A stretch of 64,000 bases of DNA from an uncultured Gammaproteobacteria bacterium (GCA_964612595.1 CAZTFB010000001.1:195058-259057); one strand, 5' to 3'; shown: positions 1 to 9,725, counted from the first letter of the stretch. The notes: generated from the letters alone by a model not told the origin. Program-made: numbers and translations.

Positions 1-44
1 TGTATAAGCGACTGCATAGTCTTTTAAGAAGTAAGACAAATCAG

Positions 45-1067
45 ATGCTATTCATAGCAGATCCAAGTACAAATAGATTAGCTTTTACTAACTTCAGAAA
101 GACAAAGGGATTGCGCGAACTCCCCTATGCGCCAGACGGTTATGATGCCTTGACTCCTGAATCTTTCGAAGATGATGGGTTCCTGAAGGAATTTGTCTCA
201 AAAGTAATTGAGTTTCAGGTGACTAATGGCTGCAACATATTAACAGCACCATTTTTCTTCTTCGATAATACATCCGACGGATGGTTCTCCGTTAATATAA
301 AGCTTTTAAGGGAATCAATAGATTATGTGTCTTCAAAATATCCACAATATAAGTTGTCAGGCGCTATTTGTACGCAGGCAGAGACCCTGTGTCGTAAAAG
401 TGAAAGAGACACAATCATAGAAAATTATGGTCATTGTAAAACGGACTATTTACAATTTTATATCGACAAAATTACAGAGAATACTAATGATGCTCAGATA
501 TACAATTTCATTCTTACCGCCAAGTCAATTAAAGACTTTTCTGGAACTAAAATTATTGCGTGTCGTGTTCCCACGATAGCACTAGGACTACTCACGTTAG
601 GCTTTGATGCGATAACATCAGGTCTTGGCGTCATAGATAACTTTACGAAGAACATTCTGATAAAAGATGAAGATACAAAGCCCACTATGCCGACAAGGCA
701 TTTTTTCCCTGAGCTTTTAACATGTATTACCATAAGCCCAAAAAATAGAACATACCAGGATATATTGGCTCAAGAGGCTGAATTAATAGCTAGCTTCCCC
801 AATATGGATATTCGTTTAAACTGTAATTGCGAAGGGTGTTCACATCCTTCGTTTACAGATTATAAAAGACCTCGGTTGCATTTCCTCCATGAAATTAAGC
901 ATGAGCTCGAAGAAATCAGCAAATTGGATTCTTCACAAAGAAAGCAATATTTTTCAAACAGAATTGATAGAGCTTATTTTCTTCAACAGAAGTTAATCGA
1001 AAGAGGCGTGAAACTAAATTCACCAAACTATCTTCAGACTTGGAAAGAAATTCTGCTCAAGTTTTGA
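45..1067 (+). CDS. TGT-superfamily protein (tRNA-guanine transglycosylase-like; DpdA-like candidate)
   Basis: 340-aa ORF. The frame stays open upstream to position 3, so the N-terminus may lie outside the window. Motifs GFDAITSG, MPTRHF and LNCNCEGCSHPS..RLHFLHEIKH resemble the TGT FD / PTR catalytic segments and the CxCxxC..H zinc site. Confidence 0.5.
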   Translation: MLFIADPSTNRLAFTNFRKTKGLRELPYAPDGYDALTPESFEDDGFLKEFVSKVIEFQVTNGCNILTAPFFFFDNTSDGWFSVNIKLLRESIDYVSSKYPQYKLSGAICTQAETLCRKSERDTIIENYGHCKTDYLQFYIDKITENTNDAQIYNFILTAKSIKDFSGTKIIACRVPTIALGLLTLGFDAITSGLGVIDNFTKNILIKDEDTKPTMPTRHFFPELLTCITISPKNRTYQDILAQEAELIASFPNMDIRLNCNCEGCSHPSFTDYKRPRLHFLHEIKHELEEISKLDSSQRKQYFSNRIDRAYFLQQKLIERGVKLNSPNYLQTWKEILLKF

Positions 1068-1732
1068 ACAGTTGATGTCTCATAAAGAAATAGTTCTTTA
1101 GCAAAAAGTCCTACAATATCATCATAAATAGATACTGAATTCTCTATGGTTGGTTTCTGTTTAATCCATATTTCACCATCTTTTTCGTTAAAGAGAATTA
1201 AGCCAATGCCAAATTTACTCAAAAAACTCATATCGATGTTCTTTTCATATTGCGAGAGTATCGCCAAATAACACTCATCTGTATAGCTTTTGTACCTTCT
1301 TGCTTGCAGAATACCTTGCTTCCAATCTTTGAGTTTAACTTCTATCGCTACAAGTTTTTTTATCGGATTAGTCGAAAAAGTATCAGTCTTACAGTAATGG
1401 TCATCTTCTTTGAGAATGTAATTCCCAGAAGTTAATATATTGATGACAGCATTACCAATTGCCTTACCTCCTCCTGAGGCTTTGACTATATCATCCCTGG
1501 TGAAGAGTCGGGCATTTGGAAGTGAAAGATAACTTTTCAGAGCATAGTAATTATTTAGTGGCATTCTATTCATCTCATTCTGATTTGTGAGGAAATCTTT
1601 TGCAAAAACCAAATCAGCAATACCATAGCCACCCGCAAATTCTCGTACAGCGATGTCTGTGTTGAATTTCTGCTGCAGGCCTTTAGCTAGCCTACTGACC
1701 AGTTCGAATTCACTTTTGATATTTATGGGCAT
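1034..1732 (-). CDS. hypothetical protein, possible PD-(D/E)xK nuclease fold
   Basis: 232-aa ORF converging on the TGT-like gene with a 34-nt overlap. GIADLVF and VAIEVKLKDWKQGILQARRY resemble the D ... ExK strands of restriction-endonuclease-like folds, but the spacing (~90 aa) is unusually long. Confidence 0.3.
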   Translation of the reverse strand: MPINIKSEFELVSRLAKGLQQKFNTDIAVREFAGGYGIADLVFAKDFLTNQNEMNRMPLNNYYALKSYLSLPNARLFTRDDIVKASGGGKAIGNAVINILTSGNYILKEDDHYCKTDTFSTNPIKKLVAIEVKLKDWKQGILQARRYKSYTDECYLAILSQYEKNIDMSFLSKFGIGLILFNEKDGEIWIKQKPTIENSVSIYDDIVGLFAKELFLYETSTVQNLSRISFQV

Positions 1733-1806
1733 TACATTTAGAATAACATATCAATAATGTAGAAATCCAATACTTTTGCTAGCAAAAGAGATAATAGGAG
1801 ATGAAG

Positions 1807-4359
1807 CTAAATGATAACTCTATCTTGTTGGATGGGTTCAGATTCGAGTTTTGTTTGAGCTTGCTCAATAGCTCTATTTGCCTCACTTCTGATTTGATTT
1901 TTTAGCCCATATTGCTTTTTCGAATATTCTATTACAGAATTTCGTATTTCTTCTCTGTTTTGTACCAGAAACTGACTAATATTACCTGTAAATGCATTCT
2001 GAGGTTCAATTGCATTGATCTTCATATAAAAGTGGTAGGAAGGAAGATTTGATATTTCATACTTCTCAACTTGTGGAGAGAATAATGGTAGAATCATATC
2101 CTCGTCTGTCGGATTGCTTGTTCTGAAAGAGATAATGCTTCCCACATTGGCAAGAATAACTTTAAGTAAATCTTTATCCTCGATCTGAGACACAGTCTGA
2201 TGAGCGAGAATAGTGTTCAGTCGATACTTCCTAGCCTCGGATAATATTTGAGCAAAAGAAGATGTTGCAAAGTTTTGGAATTCGTCAATATATAAGAAGA
2301 AGTCAGTTCGTTTCTTTTCTGGAAGATCAACTCGTTTTAGTGCAGCCAGCTGAATCTTTGCTACAAGTAGACCTCCTAAAAATGATGAGATATCTTCACC
2401 TATTCTTCCCTTGGATAAATCGCACAGTAGAATCTTTTTGTTATTCATAATATCTGCAAAGTCCAGTTTTGATTCTTCCTGAGTCAGAATATTTCGAGTA
2501 AGTGAAGTGGTAAGGAATCGCCCCAGCTTATTAGTAATCGGACCTATCTGGTCTGCCTTCTGGTAACTCCCGAGCTTTCCAAATTCATCTACCCAGAAGT
2601 CTTTTAAAATTCCTTTTGGAAGAGTTGCTACGGTTTTCTTTCTGAACTGAACATTAGTCAGGAGCTTGTAGACAGTCAAAAGCGTTGGCTTCTCAAGCTC
2701 AAGTGCTGTGAGAACTGTATTTCGTAGGATATGTTCCATTCGAGGTCCCGAGTACCGTGCTGGATAGAGCTTTTGAAAGATTGATATGACACTTGACGCA
2801 ATCATATCCTTTTCTCGCTGCTTTTCTACTTCATTTACACCTTTGCTCATCTCAAGAATATTAAGTCCCACTGGTCGTTCAATATCATACGGGTTAAAAT
2901 ACACCACATCTTGAATTCTTTCCTCTGGAATGACTCCAAGAATTCGTTGAACTAAGTCTCCATGGGGGTCAATGATAGCTACACCACTACCTTTTAAAAG
3001 ATCATGATGAATCATACGTAGTAGAGCGGTCGTCTTTCCAGTTCCGGTAGCCCCGATAATGTACATATGTCGTCTGCGTTCCTCAAGCGTGAGACCTATC
3101 GGAACGGTCGTTTCTCCATATGTGTTATGAGCAAAAACTGAGTCAAGTTTGTGAGATGAGCTTTTTAATGGTAGTGGTGAGGGTAGCATTGGACTCTTTA
3201 CGGTGAGCAAATCTTCAGTCTTTGTGGTTGCAGTGTATGGGAGATGGTAGAGCGATGAGAGTTCGGAGATGGATAAGATGTCATTTTTTGAGAAAGACAG
3301 GGATCTAGTTTTAAAGAAAATGTATCGTACCTTGTTTAGGACTGGATTATTAATTATAGAAAATATCGACCGTTTTAATCGGAGTGATTGATGTGGGGTG
3401 GAGAATGTATCAAATGACGATTTAAGACCTTTTACACGACTCAGAACGCTTTGCTTGTTTTCTGCAGAAACATACAATCGCATAGACACTTCAAATAACG
3501 GCTCACTGATTTTCTCACCAATGCTTTTGAACAGCTCTTTTTTAGGATTACTTAAATCGTGTATCCTTTTCATTTTGGTAGAGCCAAATACTTTCAAGAA
3601 TAAATGATAGAAGTAGTGCAAGAATCCTTTGTAGAGGTCGCTTGAAATATCCTGATCCGACATCAGTTTTTCCTTTATCTCTGCAATATATGATTGGATA
3701 GCTTTGTGGGTATGAGACTGAACTGGTGTACACACAAAATGAAGTGCTATTAATTCATTTATATTAAGCTTGGTCATCTGCGCGGTGACGTATGCGATCG
3801 GATCATGCTCTTTGAGCATTGACCGATCTTGGAGAGGAAACAGAAATGATTTCGATAGTTTGAACTCTCTGAAAGCACGGTATTGCTCTGGCTGGGTTCG
3901 CGCTAGATAGTCAGAGACTTCCTTTACTTCGATTCCAGGGAGGTATGCAACAAAGCTTTTCTTAATGAGCGATCTATCATCCTGAGAAACTCTAAGGATG
4001 AATCGTATTCCTGCTTCTTTTGAGGAAACAAGCTCACAACTGATTGACTGTTTGACTCCCACAATTCTCTCAAGAAAGGAAGTAGGACGATCTATGGAAT
4101 GGAGTATGCCAAACAGCTGTTTTGTTGAAAACGCGCTCTTGAGTGCTTTATATGTGGGCTTTACTTCTAAATAAACATATCGCTTTTTAGAAGTGAGTAC
4201 AAGTCGTAGTATGGCTAGAAAAACAGATAGGAAGATCAAAATAGCGCCTGAGACAGTAAGGAATCGAATGATATCAATGAGGAAAGCTTCTGAGAACAGT
4301 GGCACTAAATAGGCTGGAAGTACTTCTGTAGGATTAATTGCAGCCAGTTGATTATCCAT
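1807..4359 (-). CDS. membrane-anchored VirD4/TraD/TraG-like coupling-protein ATPase (FtsK/HerA superfamily)
   Basis: 850 aa. N-terminal hydrophobic segment ILIFLSVFLAILRLVL, Walker A IIGATGTGKTT, Walker B FFLYIDEFQNF, and an ARKYRLNTILAHQT motif typical of type IV coupling proteins. Confidence 0.7.
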   Translation of the reverse strand: MDNQLAAINPTEVLPAYLVPLFSEAFLIDIIRFLTVSGAILIFLSVFLAILRLVLTSKKRYVYLEVKPTYKALKSAFSTKQLFGILHSIDRPTSFLERIVGVKQSISCELVSSKEAGIRFILRVSQDDRSLIKKSFVAYLPGIEVKEVSDYLARTQPEQYRAFREFKLSKSFLFPLQDRSMLKEHDPIAYVTAQMTKLNINELIALHFVCTPVQSHTHKAIQSYIAEIKEKLMSDQDISSDLYKGFLHYFYHLFLKVFGSTKMKRIHDLSNPKKELFKSIGEKISEPLFEVSMRLYVSAENKQSVLSRVKGLKSSFDTFSTPHQSLRLKRSIFSIINNPVLNKVRYIFFKTRSLSFSKNDILSISELSSLYHLPYTATTKTEDLLTVKSPMLPSPLPLKSSSHKLDSVFAHNTYGETTVPIGLTLEERRRHMYIIGATGTGKTTALLRMIHHDLLKGSGVAIIDPHGDLVQRILGVIPEERIQDVVYFNPYDIERPVGLNILEMSKGVNEVEKQREKDMIASSVISIFQKLYPARYSGPRMEHILRNTVLTALELEKPTLLTVYKLLTNVQFRKKTVATLPKGILKDFWVDEFGKLGSYQKADQIGPITNKLGRFLTTSLTRNILTQEESKLDFADIMNNKKILLCDLSKGRIGEDISSFLGGLLVAKIQLAALKRVDLPEKKRTDFFLYIDEFQNFATSSFAQILSEARKYRLNTILAHQTVSQIEDKDLLKVILANVGSIISFRTSNPTDEDMILPLFSPQVEKYEISNLPSYHFYMKINAIEPQNAFTGNISQFLVQNREEIRNSVIEYSKKQYGLKNQIRSEANRAIEQAQTKLESEPIQQDRVII

Positions 4360-4472
4360 ATATGATTAGGGCCGTCATGATAACCCAAATAAGGCTGAAG
4401 TATATCAAAAAACGTCAATTAAGTAAAGCTATATGAGGATACTAATCAAAGTAAATCTAAGTTAATTTCCTC

Positions 4473-4500
4473 TTGACAACTATCCCGTTCGGGATATATA
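4473..4500 (+). promoter_or_regulatory. sigma70-like promoter for the small ORF plus recombinase pair
   Basis: TTGACA (4473-4478), 16-nt spacer, TATATA (4495-4500). The TTG start given in the ORF track is the -35 hexamer itself. Confidence 0.5.
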
Positions 4501-4532
4501 CTATCTCTAACGAGATAGTTAGTAATACAAAT

Positions 4533-4883
4533 ATGAATACGCAAATAAATACTTTGTCTTTAGCAATTGAACAATTGCCAATCAGTCAAAAGCCTAGAAT
4601 TGAGCATAAAATCATAATTAATCCTTCGGATAATTATATACAACCTAATAAGTATGATTCTACATCAGCACTACTCAACAGGCTATTCCCAGAGCAAAAC
4701 CAAGGAGAAAAAATTATTAGACAAACTAGAGCTCTTTTAGGAAACTTAGTTGAGCACTACACGACAGAACAGATCGAGCAAATAATGATACAAATTTTAT
4801 ATTTATCTGAGACGTGGCTGGACTCGTATGAAAGAAAGATTTTCAATGGGATGACATTAAATGAGTTGTTAAATATGGGATAA
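4533..4883 (+). CDS. hypothetical small protein upstream of the recombinase
   Basis: Start re-assigned to ATG 4533 (MNTQINTL...). It ends 2 nt before the recombinase ATG, so it is probably co-transcribed. No recognisable motif. Confidence 0.4.
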   Translation: MNTQINTLSLAIEQLPISQKPRIEHKIIINPSDNYIQPNKYDSTSALLNRLFPEQNQGEKIIRQTRALLGNLVEHYTTEQIEQIMIQILYLSETWLDSYERKIFNGMTLNELLNMG

Positions 4884-4885
4884 CT

Positions 4886-6460
4886 ATGGAAATAGAAGTT
4901 GGTTCTAAAAATCAATTAACCTCAAAAAGGGCAATAATATATTTACGCGTTTCAACAGAGGAACAGGTTGATAATTATTCACTTGAAACACAAGAGGATA
5001 TCTGTCAAAAAGAAGCTGTTAGACGTGGTTATGAAGTGACAACGATCTTTCGCGAGGAAGGTAAGTCGGCTAAGAATATTGTAGGAAGACCTGTTTTAAT
5101 AAATCTTTTGGAGTTTTGCAGAAAGAATAAGAATCAAGTTCAGGCAGTCTTTGTATATCGTTTAGATAGAATCTCACGTCAGACTTCAGATTATCTAGCT
5201 ATCCGCAAAAAGTTAGCTGAGAATGGTGTAACAATACTTTCGGCAACGGAACCTACGGGTAATAGCCCTACAGAAAAGCTTGTTGAAACAATGTTAGCTG
5301 CCTTTGGACAACTAGATAATGATGTAAGAAGCGAGAGGACTAAGAATGGAATGAGAGCCAGATTTTTATCTGGACTACCAAATTGTAAACCGCCAGTCGG
5401 GTATATGTTAAAAAGCGGTTATGTGATCAATGATCCTGAAACTTTTGATCTAATGAAGAAAGCGTGGGAATTAATGTCAACAGGGACAAAAAGTCTATCA
5501 GAGATGGCTATCATAATGAATGATTGGGGGTTGAGAGTCAAGACTAAGAGTAAGACATTTAAGCTCCGAAGCCAGACATTAAGTAGGTTTTTTAGATGCA
5601 AGTTTTATATGGGTATTCTTACCTCTGAGCATTATCCTGAGGAAGTTGTAGGTAAACACACTGCGATGATATCCCAGCAGATGTTTTACAAAGTACAAGC
5701 CATAATTGATGGGAGAAATCCAAATAAGCTTTCCTTAACTCATCGTGTCAGAGAAAACCCTAAATTCCCATTACGCAGATTTGCCAAATGTGGACTATGC
5801 GGAGCAGCCTTTACCGGATATTGGTGTAAGGGAAATGGCGGAAAATATGCGTACTATCGATGTAGCAAGTTTTGTACAGGCAAATCAGTCAAAGTCGAGG
5901 TAATGGATGAGGAATTAATTAAATTACTAAAAGATATCACTCCCACAGAAGAGGGTTTAGAGTTATTCATCTCCTTCATACAACGACATTACTATAAAAG
6001 ACTTTCAAGATTGCAAAAAGTAAGGAATGACTCTGATTCAGAGATAGTAAGACTTCAAGACTTAAGACAACAACTCGTTGAAAAGAACTTAAGCGGAGTA
6101 TTTTCTGACGATATCTTCAAGGAGCAAAATAAAAGGATAGAAGATCAGATATTTAAAGCACAAATAGCTAAACACGATGAAACGTTCGAAAAATATGATG
6201 TAAATAAAATAACAGACTTTATGAAGACGTTATTGGCTGATTTAGGAGAAACCTATAAACAATCTGATCTTGGGCAGAAAAAAATGCTTATTGGTTCGAT
6301 CTACCCCTCTGGGATCGTCTGGAGCTATCCGGGTTATTCGAACCATGAGGTTGGAGCCATATACCAAGCTATTCAGGATACTTCGAGTGGAAGTATCCCG
6401 TTAGGTGACCCCGAGGGGATTCGAACCCCTGATTCTCAGGATGAAAACCTGATGTCCTAA
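4886..6460 (+). CDS. large serine recombinase (integrase)
   Basis: 524 aa. Resolvase-type N-terminus AIIYLRVSTEEQ..YRLDRISR, a Cys-rich zinc ribbon CGLCGAAFTGY..YYRCSKFC, and a coiled-coil C-terminal part. The last 55 nt run antisense through tRNA-Glu. Confidence 0.85.
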   Translation: MEIEVGSKNQLTSKRAIIYLRVSTEEQVDNYSLETQEDICQKEAVRRGYEVTTIFREEGKSAKNIVGRPVLINLLEFCRKNKNQVQAVFVYRLDRISRQTSDYLAIRKKLAENGVTILSATEPTGNSPTEKLVETMLAAFGQLDNDVRSERTKNGMRARFLSGLPNCKPPVGYMLKSGYVINDPETFDLMKKAWELMSTGTKSLSEMAIIMNDWGLRVKTKSKTFKLRSQTLSRFFRCKFYMGILTSEHYPEEVVGKHTAMISQQMFYKVQAIIDGRNPNKLSLTHRVRENPKFPLRRFAKCGLCGAAFTGYWCKGNGGKYAYYRCSKFCTGKSVKVEVMDEELIKLLKDITPTEEGLELFISFIQRHYYKRLSRLQKVRNDSDSEIVRLQDLRQQLVEKNLSGVFSDDIFKEQNKRIEDQIFKAQIAKHDETFEKYDVNKITDFMKTLLADLGETYKQSDLGQKKMLIGSIYPSGIVWSYPGYSNHEVGAIYQAIQDTSSGSIPLGDPEGIRTPDSQDENLMS

Positions 6461-6478
6461 CCGCTAGACGACGGGGCC
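6406..6478 (-). tRNA. tRNA-Glu (UUC)
   Basis: Reverse complement reads GGCCCCGTCGTCTAGCGGTTAGGACATCAGGTTTTCATCCTGAGAATCAGGGGTTCGAATCCCCTCGGGGTCA. It folds as a cloverleaf with anticodon loop TTTTCAT. CCA is not encoded. Confidence 0.9.
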
Positions 6479-6498
6479 AGGTCACAATTCACGCTAAA

Positions 6499-7137
6499 TT
6501 ATATCATAATAGGCACCATTTCTGAAAAACTATGCACAATATGGTCAGCATTTAGCGCGTTAATCTCATCAATAGTATAAAAAGCCTCATTATGCTCCGG
6601 ATAGTACAAAATTGTAGTTGCCCCAGCAGACTCACCTGCCCTCACATCATGCTCAGAATCCCCAATCATAAATGTGTGGGCGCTATCAATGGAGAAATGC
6701 TTCTGAATTTTATAGATACCTTCCGGATGCGGTTTATGATGAACTACATCTTCGCGGGCGACAACATAATCAATGTTCTTCACTAAATTAGGAAACCTTT
6801 GCACTACCAAATTAAACGATTGTCTTTCCGTTCTTGTGAGAATTGATGTATGAATGCCGTGTATTTTTAATGCTTCCATGACCTCAATAACCCCATCATG
6901 AAGATATACATATTCCTGATGCCTGTGGTAGGCCTGCACATTCTTCTCCCAAAATCCATCTAAATCCGTAACTCCCAAAGCAAGGGGGCCATGATCTTTT
7001 GCAAAAACATTGTCGACAATTTCCTTATCTGAGGGTGTTAAACCCAACTCATCAAACACAGATCTTGCGCCTCTTAACCACGCATCAAGAGTATGAACAA
7101 GACACCCATCAAAATCAAATATGGCTAATTTCTGCAT
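6499..7137 (-). CDS. HAD-superfamily hydrolase (phosphatase)
   Basis: Motif I IFDFDGCLVHT and motif IV GDSEHDVRAG. Confidence 0.8.
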   Translation of the reverse strand: MQKLAIFDFDGCLVHTLDAWLRGARSVFDELGLTPSDKEIVDNVFAKDHGPLALGVTDLDGFWEKNVQAYHRHQEYVYLHDGVIEVMEALKIHGIHTSILTRTERQSFNLVVQRFPNLVKNIDYVVAREDVVHHKPHPEGIYKIQKHFSIDSAHTFMIGDSEHDVRAGESAGATTILYYPEHNEAFYTIDEINALNADHIVHSFSEMVPIMI

Positions 7138-7149
7138 CCCACATTATAC

Positions 7150-7500
7150 CTACAAATCTGCGTTTTCAAAGTGCGTAAGAGACACTGTTCGTAGGGAATT
7201 ATCAAGAACTATTGATATGACATCAACACGTAGATATGCGTATGTTGCTTTCACCGTTTGCAAGTAAAGCCTCGCGACACTTCTAATCGTGTAAAGCTTT
7301 TTTGACGTAATAGCTTCATATGGTTCACCTGTTTGATTCCCGATTCGAGTTTTAACCTCAACAAACACAAGTGTATTGTCTTTTGATGCGATAATATCGA
7401 TTTCTCCAATACGGGTATAATAGTTGCGTTGTAGCACAAAGTAATTGAGTTTCTCGAGATGAGCAGCAGCGATACCTTCACCATAACGACCAATATTCAT
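7150..7500 (-). CDS. YraN-family (UPF0102) endonuclease-like protein
   Basis: 116 aa with GEIDIIA..LVFVEVKTR, the characteristic YraN core. Confidence 0.75.
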   Translation of the reverse strand: MNIGRYGEGIAAAHLEKLNYFVLQRNYYTRIGEIDIIASKDNTLVFVEVKTRIGNQTGEPYEAITSKKLYTIRSVARLYLQTVKATYAYLRVDVISIVLDNSLRTVSLTHFENADL

Positions 7501-7535
7501 GCAGACTAGGATACAGTACGAAGATTAAAGAAAGA

Positions 7536-7859
7536 TTATCGGTATAGCTTGTCTTGGATTTCTCTTTTTGATCGAGTTCGAATAAAGGCAACACTGGACT
7601 TTCTATTGTCAGTTGCTCGGACAACTTCAACCTTCTCTACGAAAGGAGAAATGATAGGAAATATGCGCTCGACACCAATACCACTACGTGTCATTTTTCT
7701 GACAGTAATCATCTTGTTCGATTCGCGTCCCTTTACAGCGAGCACAATACCCTCAAAAAGCTGACTTTTGCGCTTGTCCTTGTCATTTATTGCGTAGCTA
7801 ATTTTGATGGTATCACCAACGCGAACCGGTGTCTCGTGAAATAAAACAGAATTTGCCAT
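7536..7859 (-). CDS. rplS: 50S ribosomal protein L19
   Basis: 107 aa. VGDTIKISY..FEGIVLAVKGR..ITVRK..GIGVERIFP matches the L19 pattern. Confidence 0.9.
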   Translation of the reverse strand: MANSVLFHETPVRVGDTIKISYAINDKDKRKSQLFEGIVLAVKGRESNKMITVRKMTRSGIGVERIFPIISPFVEKVEVVRATDNRKSSVAFIRTRSKREIQDKLYR

Positions 7860-7883
7860 AATTGGATGTTATTTTAGCATTAA

Positions 7884-9542
7884 TTAGGCTTTTGTACAAG
7901 CCTTAATAAATTCAAGAAAGAGTGGGTGTGGGTTTAATGGGCGACTCTTATATTCCGGATGTCCCTGAATACCTATGTAGAAAGGATGTTCTTCCTTGCT
8001 GAGCTCAATCATTTCTCCAAGACCCTCTACTTTTGATCGAGCAGCAATGGTCATACCGTTTTTCTCAAAATCCTCTGTAAAATCGTTGTTAAACTCATAT
8101 CTGTGTCGGTGACGTTCGCTCATAAGGCGCTCTCCCTCATCAATGTATGCACCATATTTCTTATATATCTCATCAGAATATGTTCCTTCTTTTATATATG
8201 CTTCCCAAGATCCAAGGCGCATTGTCCCACCATATGAACGTCGCTCAAGCATCTCTTTCTGCGCTGGAATGAGATGGATAACTGGATGAGCTGTCTCAGT
8301 ATCATTTTCAGCGGTATTTGCATCTTTCCAGCCAAGTACATCACGGGCAAATGCCACAACAGCGAGTTGCATACCGTAACATAGTCCCAAATAAGGAATT
8401 TTGTGTGTTCTTGCATATGAAGCCGCCGCTATCATTCCCTCAGCGCCCCTTTCGCCCCAACCTATAGGAACAATAATGCCGTCAATTGTTTTGCCTTCGA
8501 GTACTTTATCCATACCCTCTTTTTCTACCTTTTCAGCGCTAATCCATTGAATTTCAGGCTCGCAGTCCAAATTCCAACACGCATGATCAATCGCATCGAA
8601 AAGAGCTGCATATGAATCTTTTAGTTCATATTCCCCTGTTGCAAAGTACTTTCCTACGATAGCTATGTGGGCTTTTTTGGTTTTCTTGGCTTTAACGCGA
8701 TCTACAAATGCCTGCCACTCATCGGTTTTTGCAGGTTTATTTTCGATTTGAAGCTTTGTGGTAATGCGTTCAACAATATTTTGTTCATTTAGTATGAGAG
8801 GAATTTCATACACGCTCTTCACATCATAGCTTGTCATTACATCGCGTGGATCTAGGTTGCAAAAAAGTGAGAGTCGTTCAATACGTCGTTTATCGAGCGG
8901 CTTTGTCGAACGACCAATTAGGATATCCGGCTGAATCCCCATCGAATTAAGCATTCTTACGGAAAGTTGAGCCGGTTTTGTCTTTGGCTCGCCAAGATGC
9001 TGTGGATTGGGAATATAACTCACATGCACATGGATAACATCGCCAGGTTTGCGGAATGAAAGAATCCGTGCTGCCTCATAGTACAGTACATTCTGATACT
9101 CACCAACGGTTCCACCAAGCTCAATAACTGCAATATCGCCATTCTGGGCATCGAGTGAACGTTCATAACGACTTAGAATTTCATCTGTCACATGCGGAAT
9201 GGCTTCGACATCTTCGCCACCATACTCAAATCTACGTTCTTTATCCAATACATGTCGGTAAATCTGACCAACGGTCATAAAATTAGCATGACCCATGTCC
9301 TGGTGGAGAAATTTTTCATACGTACCGATGTCCATATCAGCCTCAAGACCGTCTTCACAAAGGAACGGGTCGCCATGTTCTATAGGATTTATCGTGCCAG
9401 AATCGATATTGAGGTAATTTTCACATTTAATCGGTACTACTTTGTAGCCGGCGGACTTGAGAAGAAAGGCTATGGAGGCTGAAGTAATGCCTTTTCCAAG
9501 GCCGGAGATTACTCCTCCAGATATAAAGATATACTTCCGCAT
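7884..9542 (-). CDS. pyrG: CTP synthase
   Basis: N-terminus MRKYIFISGGVISGLGKGITSASI and glutamine-amidotransferase Cys motif GLCYGMQ. Confidence 0.95.
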   Translation of the reverse strand: MRKYIFISGGVISGLGKGITSASIAFLLKSAGYKVVPIKCENYLNIDSGTINPIEHGDPFLCEDGLEADMDIGTYEKFLHQDMGHANFMTVGQIYRHVLDKERRFEYGGEDVEAIPHVTDEILSRYERSLDAQNGDIAVIELGGTVGEYQNVLYYEAARILSFRKPGDVIHVHVSYIPNPQHLGEPKTKPAQLSVRMLNSMGIQPDILIGRSTKPLDKRRIERLSLFCNLDPRDVMTSYDVKSVYEIPLILNEQNIVERITTKLQIENKPAKTDEWQAFVDRVKAKKTKKAHIAIVGKYFATGEYELKDSYAALFDAIDHACWNLDCEPEIQWISAEKVEKEGMDKVLEGKTIDGIIVPIGWGERGAEGMIAAASYARTHKIPYLGLCYGMQLAVVAFARDVLGWKDANTAENDTETAHPVIHLIPAQKEMLERRSYGGTMRLGSWEAYIKEGTYSDEIYKKYGAYIDEGERLMSERHRHRYEFNNDFTEDFEKNGMTIAARSKVEGLGEMIELSKEEHPFYIGIQGHPEYKSRPLNPHPLFLEFIKACTKA

Positions 9543-9725
9543 TAGTGCATGTTAAAGGATTGAAGGCTAAAAATCAACAACATGTATAATGAGTTTGCTG
9601 CAGTCTTTGCAGATAAGTATGGAGATCCAGATAGTACAAGGAATTCCGGTTCGGTTTTCGTCTCTCACCTGAATACACAATGTTTGTGTACTGAGGTGAG
9701 AAAGAACTTTTGCTATACTAGAGTA

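Noticed and set aside
9582-9725. Upstream extension of purB from ATG 9582.
   Set aside because: The ATG is embedded in a TATAAT box, and the extra 48 residues have no PurB similarity. The conserved N-terminus starts near 9760.
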